32,000 nucleotides of DNA. Origin: Amoeboradix gromovi X-113 (lineage: Eukaryota > Fungi > Sanchytriomycota). How positions within the stretch are numbered: the first letter of the stretch is position 1; each line of letters opens with the position of its first letter. The translations under genes were made by a program, and so were the position numbers. Under the pieces are notes generated by a model. The model made no database searches, was not told the DNA's origin, and saw nothing but the letters and a program-made list of their open reading frames with translations. Positions 1 to 10,368 of the stretch are shown piece by piece. The stretch is from contig JADGIF010000006.1 of the NCBI GenBank assembly GCA_018985225.1, forward strand, positions 16,058 through 48,057, given 5' to 3'.

Positions 1-448
1 TCGTACATGGCATCGAATATGTTCCTTGGTGCCATGTGGTCCATGTCCACTTCCAAACGACACTATGTACATGAATAGCTCTCCAAATTGGGTTTCTTTA
101 GATTTCCACATATTGTACATCTTTGAATAGTAAATGATTCATTACATTCGATTATCGTCTTTCCTCTTTGTTTACATTTAAACTTCAAGCGTTACTTGAA
201 TAAATTGTACAGATATCGCTGTCTAGGTGTCGAAAGACATCTAATTCTTCCACATTTGGACCAGTTCCTCAGTGTTGAAGAATGTATGCTGTACCTACTA
301 GTTATTTCTTTAGAATTGATTTACAATTTGTGAAAAGGAAGAATATCAAGTATTCAAGCTAGTAGAAAAATCTGGAAAAGTCATGAAATTATACAAAAAT
401 GCATACAAATTCGCGATAAATGATATATTCAAGAAAACAATCGAGCTG
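1..448 (-). mobile_element. Non-autonomous IS607-type Fanzor2/TnpB element, copy A (cut by the window start)
   Basis: Minus strand reads INSKEITSRYSIHSSTLRNWSKCGRIRCLSTPRQRYLYNLFK*RLKFKCKQRGKTIIECNESFTIQRCTICGNLKKPNLESYSCT*CRLEVDMDHMAPRNIF. This is an IS607 TnpA-like HTH followed by a TnpB CxxC-CxxC zinc ribbon and RuvC-III. The left end CAGCTCGATTGTTTTCTTGAAT is shared with copies B, C and D. Confidence 0.88.
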
Positions 449-525
449 TTATTAGTTGCAAAATCCTGTAAAAAAAGCCTATTTGAGCAATAAAATTCAT
501 TTATAGCTATAAATAATTTATTTAT

Positions 526-924
526 TTAAAGCCGATAGCTACTTATCAGCTTGTATACTTGCTGCACTTCGCTCACGCGAATTCTAATGGACTCCAAAGT
601 TGTCAAAACTTGAAGCTCCATGTTAATTAGTTCCACACATGGAATGACTAGCACAGCAGATATATATTTATTAGGGATGGTGTTGTAATTCAACTTATTG
701 ACCAGCAGGTAGCAAGCTAAAAACACATCTGACAATTTTCCATCCAAGGAATTGCCAAGTCTTTTCAGATATATGATAGTTTGGCAGAATTGAATTGGGT
801 TGATTCTAAGAACTTGGACTGCGTATGATATTCGTTCAACATCTATTGGGGTGAACTGTAAATATTGAGAAACTATGGGCAATGCTCTCAGCTGCACAAA
901 CATGGCATTCATGATCTCTTGCAT
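526..924 (-). CDS. Small Pho80/PCL-type cyclin-box protein (132 aa from first ATG)
   Basis: IIYLKRL...VFLACYLLVNK...NKYISAVLVIPCVELINMELQVLTTL matches the PCL/Pho80 cyclin N-box pattern. The stop is followed directly by AATAAA. Start codon uncertain. Confidence 0.7.
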   Translation of the reverse strand: MQEIMNAMFVQLRALPIVSQYLQFTPIDVERISYAVQVLRINPIQFCQTIIYLKRLGNSLDGKLSDVFLACYLLVNKLNYNTIPNKYISAVLVIPCVELINMELQVLTTLESIRIRVSEVQQVYKLISSYRL

Positions 925-1875
925 TACAGTTCTCTGCTGTTCCAAGTTCCCTGTTTTCTTGTCATTTGTATCTAATTACAAATGATCTGATGTAATTGCC
1001 AAAACTCATCTAAACAGAAAATGGCGCCATATCTCTAAAATTCTAGAGGGGTTAAAAATATTGAGACATTAAATTGAGAAAGTAACTAGCTTAAGTTAGC
1101 AAGAGAAGTGCCTCACTAGGAAACGGCTTTCTGATACATTACACTCCACAATCTCAAGTGTAATTCAGTGTCCGGGAAATCCAGTTGGCTCTAAAAGACT
1201 AATGATTTTAGTGAAATTTGCTTATAATAAGGTCGCTGGCGTCAAACTAGAAAAGAATACGCCTAAGTTATCACATTTATTTTTCTCCTCCCTAATGTTT
1301 AAATGCAAAGATCTGAGAAAAAAATAGAGTTCACATTACTTAAATATACACAACTCGGGCAGATACCATTTAAACTTATCTCTGCCTGGTTTGATATCTT
1401 TTTAGTTCGTGACTGCAGCTACAGCATTCGAATCTTCTCGATTGTACGCTTTTTGTCAACTGAGAGTTGCATTTAAACACTAAATGGTGGAGTATGCTGG
1501 ACTGCAGCTACTCAAATTAACTCAATATGTTTTTACTTCGCATGAGGCTAATAGATTTTATGCCCAAAACTCAAAGTTGACCAATGTCAGAGATTCGTTC
1601 CATTACGATTGTACATAAAAACAGCTCAAAAATCACACGATTAGTTGAAGAGCTGTTTATTTTTGAAATACATGACTAGAGTCTAGTCGAGAGATATGTC
1701 CGTTGGTACCAGTATTTTATCTGAGAGCGAAATAAAAGTAAGATTGTTGTGATACAAGTTACCTGAGCAGAACAAGCCAGTTAAAACAAATTGACATATT
1801 GGCGAGGCTATTGCGTAACCATTGCCGTGTAATCGCCAGATTTAGAGTATTTAAGGTATCTGGTTACTGCACATC

Positions 1876-2835
1876 ATGTTAATACAATTAGCTCTTATTC
1901 ACAGTGTCACTTGTACTTTTGGTCATGCGAGAGCTGAATCAAGCTGCAAATCCAGAAGTTCTAAATGGGGATTTTTTCGTAACTCAATTCATAAACCTGT
2001 GTTCCAAAAACAGGTTCACCAGAGAGGCCCTAGTGCAGAAGTCGACCCGTTGAATGGGTCATCAAAAAAGGAAGTTTATAAAATACTAAACAATTATTTT
2101 TCTGGATCTCGCATCAGTTCAGACGCCAGCGATAAGGAGGCCAATGATATCTACGGATACTCCAAAGGCATAAATTTCTCAGAATTAGAATGTTTTACGC
2201 CTAAAGATAGTAAAGATAGAAGTCCATGTCCTTTTATTAACAGTTTGGCTAATTGCCATTTAATCAATTTCAGTGGTAAGGACATTCCCTTACAGCAGCT
2301 TAAAGAAGCTGCTATGCATATTGGCAATGTATTCATGGGCGGTATTGATAAGGTTGTTGACACGTTTAAGCCCGTTGCTAAAGATAAGGATGGAAAACTT
2401 GTTATTGACTTGAATCAGCTTAATGTTCATCGTGATGCTGATCATCTACATGCAGTTGAGCATGATTATTCGCTTACCAGGTTAAATTATTTCGAGGGAG
2501 ACAACCACACACCAAATAACAATTTGATAGAGCAGCTAATGCAATTTGCTACCGACGGCTACTTGACACTAAACCAACTAATAAAAGCAAGAACATTGAG
2601 GATGCGGCAAACTCGGGCTGATAGTAGACATAAAGCTTTCAACGATTGGCTTCCCTCAAGTGTGGAACTTGTATTCTTAGCAACTACATTGGGCAGAGAC
2701 GATAGAATAAGTGTCCAGGATGCTTATTCATTTTTAAAGTTAGAGCGATTTCCAAAGAACTGGAGCCCTCGCCCAAAAGTTTTGGGGCAGTTCGAATTTA
2801 TCAGAAAGTTGGCATATATTTACGTTAAGGAATGA
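1876..2835 (+). CDS. Heme-thiolate peroxidase / unspecific peroxygenase (chloroperoxidase family, short-UPO EHD type)
   Basis: RSPCPFINSLAN (PCP proximal heme cysteine), EHDYSLTR motif, C-terminal ERFPKNW, short hydrophobic N-terminus, and TGAATAAA at the stop. Confidence 0.85.
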   Translation: MLIQLALIHSVTCTFGHARAESSCKSRSSKWGFFRNSIHKPVFQKQVHQRGPSAEVDPLNGSSKKEVYKILNNYFSGSRISSDASDKEANDIYGYSKGINFSELECFTPKDSKDRSPCPFINSLANCHLINFSGKDIPLQQLKEAAMHIGNVFMGGIDKVVDTFKPVAKDKDGKLVIDLNQLNVHRDADHLHAVEHDYSLTRLNYFEGDNHTPNNNLIEQLMQFATDGYLTLNQLIKARTLRMRQTRADSRHKAFNDWLPSSVELVFLATTLGRDDRISVQDAYSFLKLERFPKNWSPRPKVLGQFEFIRKLAYIYVKE

Positions 2836-3002
2836 ATAAATCAGATCTTGTTACGAGCGCACTTGGCTTAACCGATTTAGCACTTTGAATTTTTGGATTC
2901 GCTGTAAAAGTCATATAACGTTAAATATGAGAGTATAACATATTTACTCGGACATTTAGGTAATTTTTCGAATGAAACGCATTAGTCCTCAGTTTTGCTG
3001 AT

Positions 3003-3863
3003 TTACTTACTCAATCTGGCCATAAAATTAGCGTGATAATTCCAAAATGGATCTCTTAATACTTGGGACATGCTAGGACGCGATTTGGCATTACGATCGA
3101 CCATTTTGAGCAAAATATTTACAAACAAAATGTTCAGTCCATGAATAGTAGGATTTTTATCATTTAGCAACTGAAGCCTTGCACTTGCATTTAAGTTATC
3201 TGCTATTCTGTAAGACTCAACCATTTTCATCAAAGTATATCTATTCAGCGTATGCTTGTTATCTAAAATTTGTAAAGCCATAATGCCAAGAGAATGAACA
3301 TCGGCTTTATAACCATTCCACTCGAACCTTTTGTTTGAATTCAAATTGGCATATAGCTCAGGAGCCATATAAAGTGAAGTACCGAGACTTGTCGAGTGCA
3401 TATGGCATTGTTTGCGAGAAAGTGAAAAATCGCAAAGCTTGTAAACATTGTTGCATATCAAAACATTTCCTGGTTTTATATCAAGGTGGCAGAACCCTTT
3501 CGAATGCATAAAGTACAGCGCATTAGCTACTTGATAGAAAATCCTTATGGATTCTAAAATATCAATTTTGCGGTTTGCCAGTCTGTAAGGTAGTGACTGA
3601 TCGCATTTCTCCATGAATAGCAAGTACTTTTTAGTAGATACAGCAACAGACCCTTTGTATACAACAATATATTGGTGATTTAATCTTGACATTACCTGCG
3701 CTTCGTTTTTGAGAGCACTCAACGCAAATCTAGAACTAGAGTTCTCTTTCACTACACACTGCTCATTATTTATACTTGCCAGCTTAACTATACCATGCGT
3801 CCCTTTTCCTATCACTTTGTTTTCGTAAACGTAGTAACTGCAGACAATCGAGAGGAAAAACAT
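3003..3863 (-). CDS. Ser/Thr protein kinase (non-RD, DFS variant), 286 aa
   Basis: IGKGTHGIV glycine loop, VVK, HLDIKPGN, KLCDFS, GTSLYMAPE, KADVHSLG, and subdomain XI RPS. First ATG at 3863. Confidence 0.9.
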   Translation of the reverse strand: MFFLSIVCSYYVYENKVIGKGTHGIVKLASINNEQCVVKENSSSRFALSALKNEAQVMSRLNHQYIVVYKGSVAVSTKKYLLFMEKCDQSLPYRLANRKIDILESIRIFYQVANALYFMHSKGFCHLDIKPGNVLICNNVYKLCDFSLSRKQCHMHSTSLGTSLYMAPELYANLNSNKRFEWNGYKADVHSLGIMALQILDNKHTLNRYTLMKMVESYRIADNLNASARLQLLNDKNPTIHGLNILFVNILLKMVDRNAKSRPSMSQVLRDPFWNYHANFMARLSK

Positions 3864-3927
3864 CTGACTTGTAGGAGAATGTTTTGGAAAGTTCAAACCA
3901 CATTTTGAGCAAATATTTACTAGAACG

Positions 3928-4858
3928 TTACTTCTTCCTTAATACCACGGCCATATAGAATGTGCAGACTTCCCACAAATTTGGTCTCATTAACTCATCA
4001 TCTACACTCTTTTTCATCATTCTTTGAAACAGCTCTTTGGACTGAACATCTTTTATCCCATCTTTATGCATTTTATCAAAGCTCTTCTTTACGACAAGCT
4101 CAAATCCTGCTTCAGTGAAAAGGTTCGTAAATTCCTGCCATGGCACTACATATTCAGGGCAATCCTTCGTTAGAAATAAATACATCAACTGCATCCTGCA
4201 AACTGAAGAAGTATTGTCTGCCAAAGACAGACTTCCATTCTTGCTCGACTCGGACGCTGTAAACATCATTACCAAAGACTCTACCATTTTCGCGCTGACT
4301 CGCATTTTGCAATCTGTTAACTATGACATCTTCATTTGGAATAGTAGCTATCCAATATCCACCACTCTTCAGTACTTGGGAAACATTGTACAGCGCGTTT
4401 TTGACTTTCTGAACATTCTCAAAGGCATAATGAAAGCAAAACTGGGAACTGACTAGATCAAATTTATTCGTTGTTAATTTAGACCAGTTGTACGCGAAAC
4501 AATCTAACGCTATAAACTTGGAGTCAAAAGGCATCTTCATTTCTTTGTATCTGCCTATGTTGTCCTTGACGCTTTCCTCAGCAATGTCTAGTCCCATGTA
4601 GTACTTGATATTATGATTAGCAAACTTACGAAGATCGCCACCTTTTCCGCAACCTAGATCAAGCACAAATGCATCTTTTACGATGAATTTCATTATTAAA
4701 CAACTTTTAATCCAGTTATTGAATGTTCTCAAATCGTAAGTATCAGAATACTTACGCTGGTTTTGAGTTTGCTGTTTATGTTGATTGTAATGACTAGCAA
4801 CCCTTTTTGCTATTATGTGGGGAGGACTCTGTTTACGTTTATTGCCTATTGTAGACAT
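3928..4858 (-). CDS. ABD1: mRNA cap guanine-N7 methyltransferase, 2 exons (4858-4184, 4164-3928), 303 aa
   Basis: VASHYN, LRTFNNWIKS, VLDLGCGKGGDL, SSQFCFHYAFE. Removing a 19-nt intron joins the two ORF-track ORFs into the conserved FSLQDAVD-DCPEYVVP. Confidence 0.93.
4165..4183 (-). other. 19-nt spliceosomal intron in ABD1 (GTATTTATTTCTAACGAAG)
   Basis: GT-AG with CTAAC branch motif. Removal repairs the frameshift inside a conserved motif. Confidence 0.9.
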
Positions 4859-4926
4859 ACAAATGGAGCTCAATATGAAGTAGACTTGGAGCAAAGGAGA
4901 TGCGAAAAGAAAAAGAATCGGAAAAA

Positions 4927-5153
4927 CAGTTCGATTGCTTTCTTGAATAAATCATTTATCGCGAATTAGTATGCATTTTTGTATAATTTCAAGACTTTTC
5001 CAGATTTTTCCAATAGCTTAAATACTCGATATTCTTCCTTTTTGCAAATGGTAAATCAATTCTAAAGAAATAACTAGCAGGTACAGCATACATTCTTCAA
5101 CACTGAGGAACTGGTGCAAGCATGGAAGAATTAGATATCTTTCGACGCCAGGG
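4927..5153 (+). mobile_element. IS607/Fanzor2 element copy B: left end plus TnpA HTH fragment only
   Basis: Starts CAGTTCGATTGCTTTCTTGAATAAATCATTTATCGCGAATT, the reverse complement of the A, C and D ends. Encodes INSKEITSRYSIHSSTLRNWCKHGRIRYLSTPG. Confidence 0.85.
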
Positions 5154-5361
5154 GTTTTATAGCCAACGAGAAATCCATTTAATTTGATTTGGTTTGACCC
5201 ATCCAATTTTAAATCTCTGTATACATATTAAGATGAACCCATTACTGTTATAGAGCAGTTGCCCTAAAGGCTTACATCTTAAAGTTCCGTCCTGTCTTGA
5301 TTGGATAAATTTTCATTTTGGAGCTGAAACTTCAAAACGCAACGTATTCAGAAATTCACAA

Positions 5362-6219
5362 ATGTCGCTGATGGATTTTGGATTACTATGCTCTAAGAGT
5401 ACTTTACCAGTCTGTCCGCTATATAAACCAGATGTTATCGCTAATTGTTATGCTAGGAATGCTGATCTGGGTTCAGTATTGATATTTCAACCTGCTCTTG
5501 GAATGGTCTACTTGGGTGCATTGCTGATGGCCTCAATTATGCTATATAATATCAAACAAAAATACACAGCAGTGGGTCGCAGGGAAATTAGCTGGTTTAT
5601 GTATATTTACATTATTACAATCATTTTGGAGGCTCTGGTGAACCATGGATTCTTCCCATCCCAAAATATAGTATACCAAATTATCTGCGCTCTTTATATA
5701 GGCCATGTTTTAGGACTATTCGGAGTTTTATTTTACAATGGCCTGGTGCCTCTCCAACTTATAGAAGATGGCACAAATAAAAGCATGATTATATTATGGA
5801 CCATATATGCTGTATGTGTTGCTCTGGGTGCTGTGGTGGGATTTATAACATTCAATAGTAACGGTACGATCGTGTTTCTTTTGATTAATTTGGTTCCACT
5901 ACTGATAGTTGTACTATATTCATGTATCCAAGTATACATAGTTCTAACTCGTCTTGATAACAAGTGGCCATTGGGTGCTTTAGTATTTGGATTACTATTT
6001 TTTGTAATTGCGATTGGATTTTTATTTACTAGTGACTTGGTATGTATTCAAGCATCGCATTATTTAGATGGCCTATTCTTTACCGCCTTATTTATGTTGT
6101 TAGCTGTCATGATGTTGTACAAGTACTGGGATTCAATAACAAAGGAGGATTTGGAATTTAGTGTTGGTGGCAATAATAATTGGGAAACAAAAAGATTAAT
6201 TGACGACTCATATGAGTGA
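5362..6219 (+). CDS. CHS7: Chitin synthase export chaperone
   Basis: CYARN, KYTAVGRRE, LIEDGT, HYLDGLFF and MMLYKYWDSITKEDLEFSVG are diagnostic Chs7 motifs. Multiple TM segments. Confidence 0.95.
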   Translation: MSLMDFGLLCSKSTLPVCPLYKPDVIANCYARNADLGSVLIFQPALGMVYLGALLMASIMLYNIKQKYTAVGRREISWFMYIYIITIILEALVNHGFFPSQNIVYQIICALYIGHVLGLFGVLFYNGLVPLQLIEDGTNKSMIILWTIYAVCVALGAVVGFITFNSNGTIVFLLINLVPLLIVVLYSCIQVYIVLTRLDNKWPLGALVFGLLFFVIAIGFLFTSDLVCIQASHYLDGLFFTALFMLLAVMMLYKYWDSITKEDLEFSVGGNNNWETKRLIDDSYE

Positions 6220-6290
6220 GCATCAAATGAATAAATGATTTTTAAATTATACCTTTTTTGTGGGTGGCTCAAAGTCTTTTATTCAATCGA

Positions 6291-8750
6291 ATGATGGATA
6301 TGAATTTGTCACCAGCATCTGTTGATGGAACCTTGTATTTAGCAAATACAATTTATCCGTACAAAATCAAGACCAAAGACGCGTCAATGGGATTGTATGT
6401 AGATGATGAACAAATTATATTAGACGAAAATCAGATGGCAGTTTTAAAAAGTAATCTAGACTATGCGAGTAAAGCAATACCTTTGACCACAGACGAAAAC
6501 AAGGATTTCTTTGCTATAAAAAGAAGATTCAAACTCGATGAAATGAAGAAATCTAGAAGTACTAATGTGATTGTGGATAAAGCTGTTTCAAAGAAACACG
6601 CACCGGAAGATTCCACTATCTTACTGACCTGCTTAAAAGTTCCTTTTTTAAGTGGTCAGGTCTATCCAGGTACTAGCAAAGGAAAAAGTCCTATACAGTT
6701 AGGTTTAAGTCATAATGTTCTGAAATTATATTCTGTAAATGACAAATTGCAAGAGCCTTTTGATGCTTATCCTTTATCAAGTAACGTCAGTAGTTTCTTG
6801 GATGAAAATAACCCTAATTTTTTTAAAGTGCTGTTTCCAAAAATTACACTAATTTTTGAAGCTTTAACATCACATCAGTCTGCGATGTGGGTATCCCTTT
6901 TAAACACTTCTTGTCTCTATTTAAATATATTGGAGGAGTCATTAAACATTGATGTGAATGTACTGGAGAGAACATATAAAAGCACTTTTCCAGACGCTAT
7001 GCCAGTTACAGAGCTAGATTCAGATAAAGAATTAGAGCTGCTGAACACTGTACTAAATGATTACAATATTCCTCCGAACTATGAGTCGCATGCTAATCCA
7101 GTTGCCTATGATTTTTTCGCCATTCTTCCAAGCCCAAAGAAAGCAGTTCATTCTCCCGCCGATGCTCCAAAAGAATTAGAAATATTGATGAACTTGCAAT
7201 CTGACGAATATCTAGCTAATAGGAACAGTGAGAAGAGACTCAGCAGGCTTACAAGCATGGTTAGTGAAGAGGTTCATAAAAGTGGTTATGGTAGTCTCAG
7301 TAGAAATTCCATTGGAATAAGTGGTAACGAATTGAGAAGTGTCACAATTGAGGAAGACGCAGCTATAATTACAATGTCAAGACACAAATCAAAGCCGCGG
7401 AACATGCAGGAGCTATCGCCAATTTCATTGACAACGGACCCTATAGTTGCTGAGCCATCTGAAAATTTTCAAAATGATGAGATATTAAAGATGTTGATGT
7501 TGTTTCCAGATCAGAGAATTGTAGAAAATGTAATAACAGAATCTACACCTCCTGAAGAGCAGAGCAACCAATTACATTCTATTGCCAAAATCGATGACTT
7601 CGGAAGACCAACGATTATTTATACGGTTGAGAACTATGAAAGAGGAATACTGGCTTGTTCTTTAGACGTTTTAATCGATTTATTGGCGAATCAGACTAAG
7701 CCGGCAGAGGAATATTGGCTATGGTTAAGTTTTTTAAATACACCAGTTTTTACAAGTTGCCTAGTAATTATGAAGAGATTTATAGCTAGAATAAATACAA
7801 GTCCTGATGGAACTGAAGAGCAAAAATTTACAATTAGAGTGCGTCTACTTAGGGCTTTATTCCACTGGTACGAGTGGTTTCCGAACGATTTCAAGAGTGC
7901 AGAAATGGATGTACTTTACACGGCATTTTTGAACCTCATTTCGAAAGTCCGTAATGAGGAAAATAGTAGAAAGTTGAGCAACACCTGTGAAAAACTCTTG
8001 TATGTTTTTGAAAATAAAGTACTTTGCAAATTAACTTAGCTGACTGTTAGGACTGAGATGAATCATCATAAAGACAGTATAAAGTTACCAGGAACTGAAA
8101 TATTGCCTCGCGAGTACTCTCCGCAATTGTTTGCTCAAGAATATACAAAACTTGACTTTTACTTCTTTTCTCGAATAAGCCCAAAAGAATTTATATATCA
8201 ATTACATACCAAAGACAGAGAGGCTATAATGCCGCTCATGAACGCAATATCTTTTTTCAACAAAATGACACTTTGGTTTGCGAATTGTTATGAAAATGAG
8301 ATCTCAGATGCAAAATTAATTTACATTGAATGGCTTGTGTTGGTAGCGAAAGAATTTGAATATTTAAATAACTTCAATGGCTTGATGGCCGCCATACTAG
8401 CTTGGAATCAATTAGAAGTGACGGCAACGTCAGAAGAGCTGGGGCTGGAAATAAAAAGACTGGAGGACCTAATGAGTTTTCACGCAAATTACAAAAATTA
8501 TAGAACCTCATTGGAGCAAACAAAAACTCCATGTATACCTTTTTTAGGTTTATTTATTAAGGATTTGTACCTCATAGAAGAGTATAACAGCTCAATGATT
8601 GACAACTTAATAAACATCTCAAAACTAAATTTGATAAGTGAGAGGTGTAGGCGGCTGAAAATATGGCAATCTGTGCCATATAAATTTCACGACAGCAAGG
8701 AAGGACTGGAGCTATACAGCTTGTTAGAATCGATGAAAAACACAAAATAA
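6291..8750 (+). CDS. Ras guanine-nucleotide exchange factor (PH-like + REM + CDC25 domain), 2 exons (6291-8018, 8040-8750), 812 aa
   Basis: REM: SLDVLIDLL...IRVRLLRALFHWYEWFPNDF. CDC25: FAQEYT, LNNFNGLMAAI, NYKNYR, PCIPFLGLFIKDL, LINISKL. The two ORFs join in frame across a 21-nt intron. Confidence 0.88.
8019..8039 (+). other. 21-nt spliceosomal intron in RasGEF (GTACTTTGCAAATTAACTTAG)
   Basis: GT-AG, ends TAACTTAG like the MOT1 intron. Its acceptor TAG is the stop that splits the ORF. Confidence 0.85.
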
Positions 8751-8755
8751 ATTTA

Positions 8756-9037
8756 TTATTTCTCTACTAGTTGCTCTTGAACCGTGATATAAAGAAAGCA
8801 CATGCTGCTAGTACTCATTAAATACATCCACCGTGGCATCATTGCGTCGCTTTCTGTCTTTTTACTAGTCATGTAGGCTCTGAAATTGAACATCATTGAT
8901 AAAAGAAGAAAATAAGGTTGTTTCCCAATAATAGAGAGCATACTAGCAAAGAGTGAAAGCATAGAGGTCATATCTGGCAATTCTGGACCCTGTTTTAACC
9001 TGTAAAATTGTAATGGTGAAAGAGGAGTTTGATTCAT
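8756..9037 (-). CDS. Asterix/PAT10 (WDR83OS, UPF0139)-like small membrane protein
   Basis: 93 aa. PDMTSMLSLFASMLSIIGK...SKKTESDAMM...LMSTSSMCFLYI parallels Asterix PDYMNLLGMIFSMCGLMLK...SRSSEDTKQMM...MLSISAVVMSYL as recalled. Confidence 0.65.
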   Translation of the reverse strand: MNQTPLSPLQFYRLKQGPELPDMTSMLSLFASMLSIIGKQPYFLLLSMMFNFRAYMTSKKTESDAMMPRWMYLMSTSSMCFLYITVQEQLVEK

Positions 9038-9549
9038 GGTGTTTTAAATCATCTCCAAATAAACGTAAGCTTTCGTCGAATCAAACACTAAATTCTTAAA
9101 AAACTAAACATTTTGCAGCCCGCAATAGTGTTTCATGTGTAACATCGGTATTATATTAATTCTAACTTACTACTAGAACCTTTACTAAGAATTCACAATT
9201 GGACAAAAACAAGATAATCCGGCTTTCTTGTCTATGAAAAACAACTAAAAAGATATAAGTAGAACGTAATGAATCATTTACCAACATACTATGAAGCTAA
9301 TGTTCGGAATACACTCATCGCTGTTCAATACCGCTTTAGTGTAGTAATCGTGAGCTGCCATTTGAACTAACAACTAGTGTTGTCATTTTTTTCTATTGAA
9401 ATTCTTTATTTTCCACCAAATTAGTGGCTGATGAGAAGTCCGTTGCTAGAGCTGATAAATTTTTGCACTTGTGCCTCCTTTCATAGCTCTGCATGCATTG
9501 CATGTAAGTGATTTCAATAAGAATCGAAAACTTGAGTTTGAAACAAACC

Positions 9550-10359
9550 ATGCCCATTCTTTTTTCAGAATATCGATCTTCAGCCATCGACTCTTTATTT
9601 ATCTTAATACATGGCGGTGGATATACCTTAGAAACCTGGTACCCTATGCTTCAATTTATTTCTGTTGATGTACAATACTTACTCGTTGATCTTCGAAACC
9701 ATGGTAAATCATTCAATGACGACGATTCCAGTTTGGAAAGCATGGCTGCAGATATAAAAGATACCTTTGAATTTTACAACCTCGCGGTCAAAAACGTAGT
9801 GGTAATTGGTCATTCTTTAGGTGCAGCTCTTGCAATACATCTGGCAGTTAATAAATTAATTCCAAACATCATAGGGATCGTTGATGTTGACGTCGTAGAA
9901 GGATCAGCAATAGCGGCGCTGAAATACATGAAGGACGTGATTCGAAAACGACCTGAGCAGTTTAGTTCAATAGAGGAAGCCATTAAATGGGCAACTGAGA
10001 CAAAATACCTATCAGAGAGTGTGGCCGAGTTGTCATTGTCAAATCAACTCATTAGGAATGGTGAAAGTTATATATGGAGGACAAATTTATTGAAAACTGA
10101 GATTTTTTGGCAAGACTGGTTCAATGATTTGAGTTCCAAATTTCTGAATTGCAGATGCGGAAAATTGCTAATACTGGCATCTACCAATAGATTAGATACA
10201 ACTCTGACAATAGCCCAAATGCAAGGCAAATTTCAATTAGAAATACTTCCATATGGCCATGCACTTCATGAAGAATCGCCCGAAGCGTTTGCAGCAATAC
10301 TCGTGCAATTCTATCAAAGGCAATTGCCAATAAAACTACCCCCAAAGTTTTACAAATAA
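9550..10359 (+). CDS. PPE1: Protein phosphatase (PP2A) methylesterase 1
   Basis: IHGGG, DLRNHG, GHSLG nucleophile, DVVEGSA, YIWRTNL, KLLILA, RLDTTLTIAQMQGKFQL, GHALHE. First in-frame ATG at 9550. Confidence 0.93.
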   Translation: MPILFSEYRSSAIDSLFILIHGGGYTLETWYPMLQFISVDVQYLLVDLRNHGKSFNDDDSSLESMAADIKDTFEFYNLAVKNVVVIGHSLGAALAIHLAVNKLIPNIIGIVDVDVVEGSAIAALKYMKDVIRKRPEQFSSIEEAIKWATETKYLSESVAELSLSNQLIRNGESYIWRTNLLKTEIFWQDWFNDLSSKFLNCRCGKLLILASTNRLDTTLTIAQMQGKFQLEILPYGHALHEESPEAFAAILVQFYQRQLPIKLPPKFYK

Positions 10360-10368
10360 AACTTTTAT

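Noticed and set aside
972-1009. Possible 28-nt GC-AG intron adding a 5' exon (MSF) to the cyclin
   Set aside because: Non-canonical donor, off-consensus length and branch spacing, and no homology support.
1351-1690. Hairpin at 1351-1393, 12-bp direct repeat GACTGCAGCTAC (1411, 1500), palindrome GACTAGAGTCTAGTC (1674-1688)
   Set aside because: Isolated short matches with no second copy or family context; compatible with chance.
9493-9521. Possible 18-nt intron GTAAGTGATTTCAATAAG extending PPE1 to ATG 9493
   Set aside because: It is in frame with a good donor, but lacks the TAAYNWAG ending of the five supported introns, and ATG 9550 already gives a complete hydrolase fold. Unresolved without cDNA.
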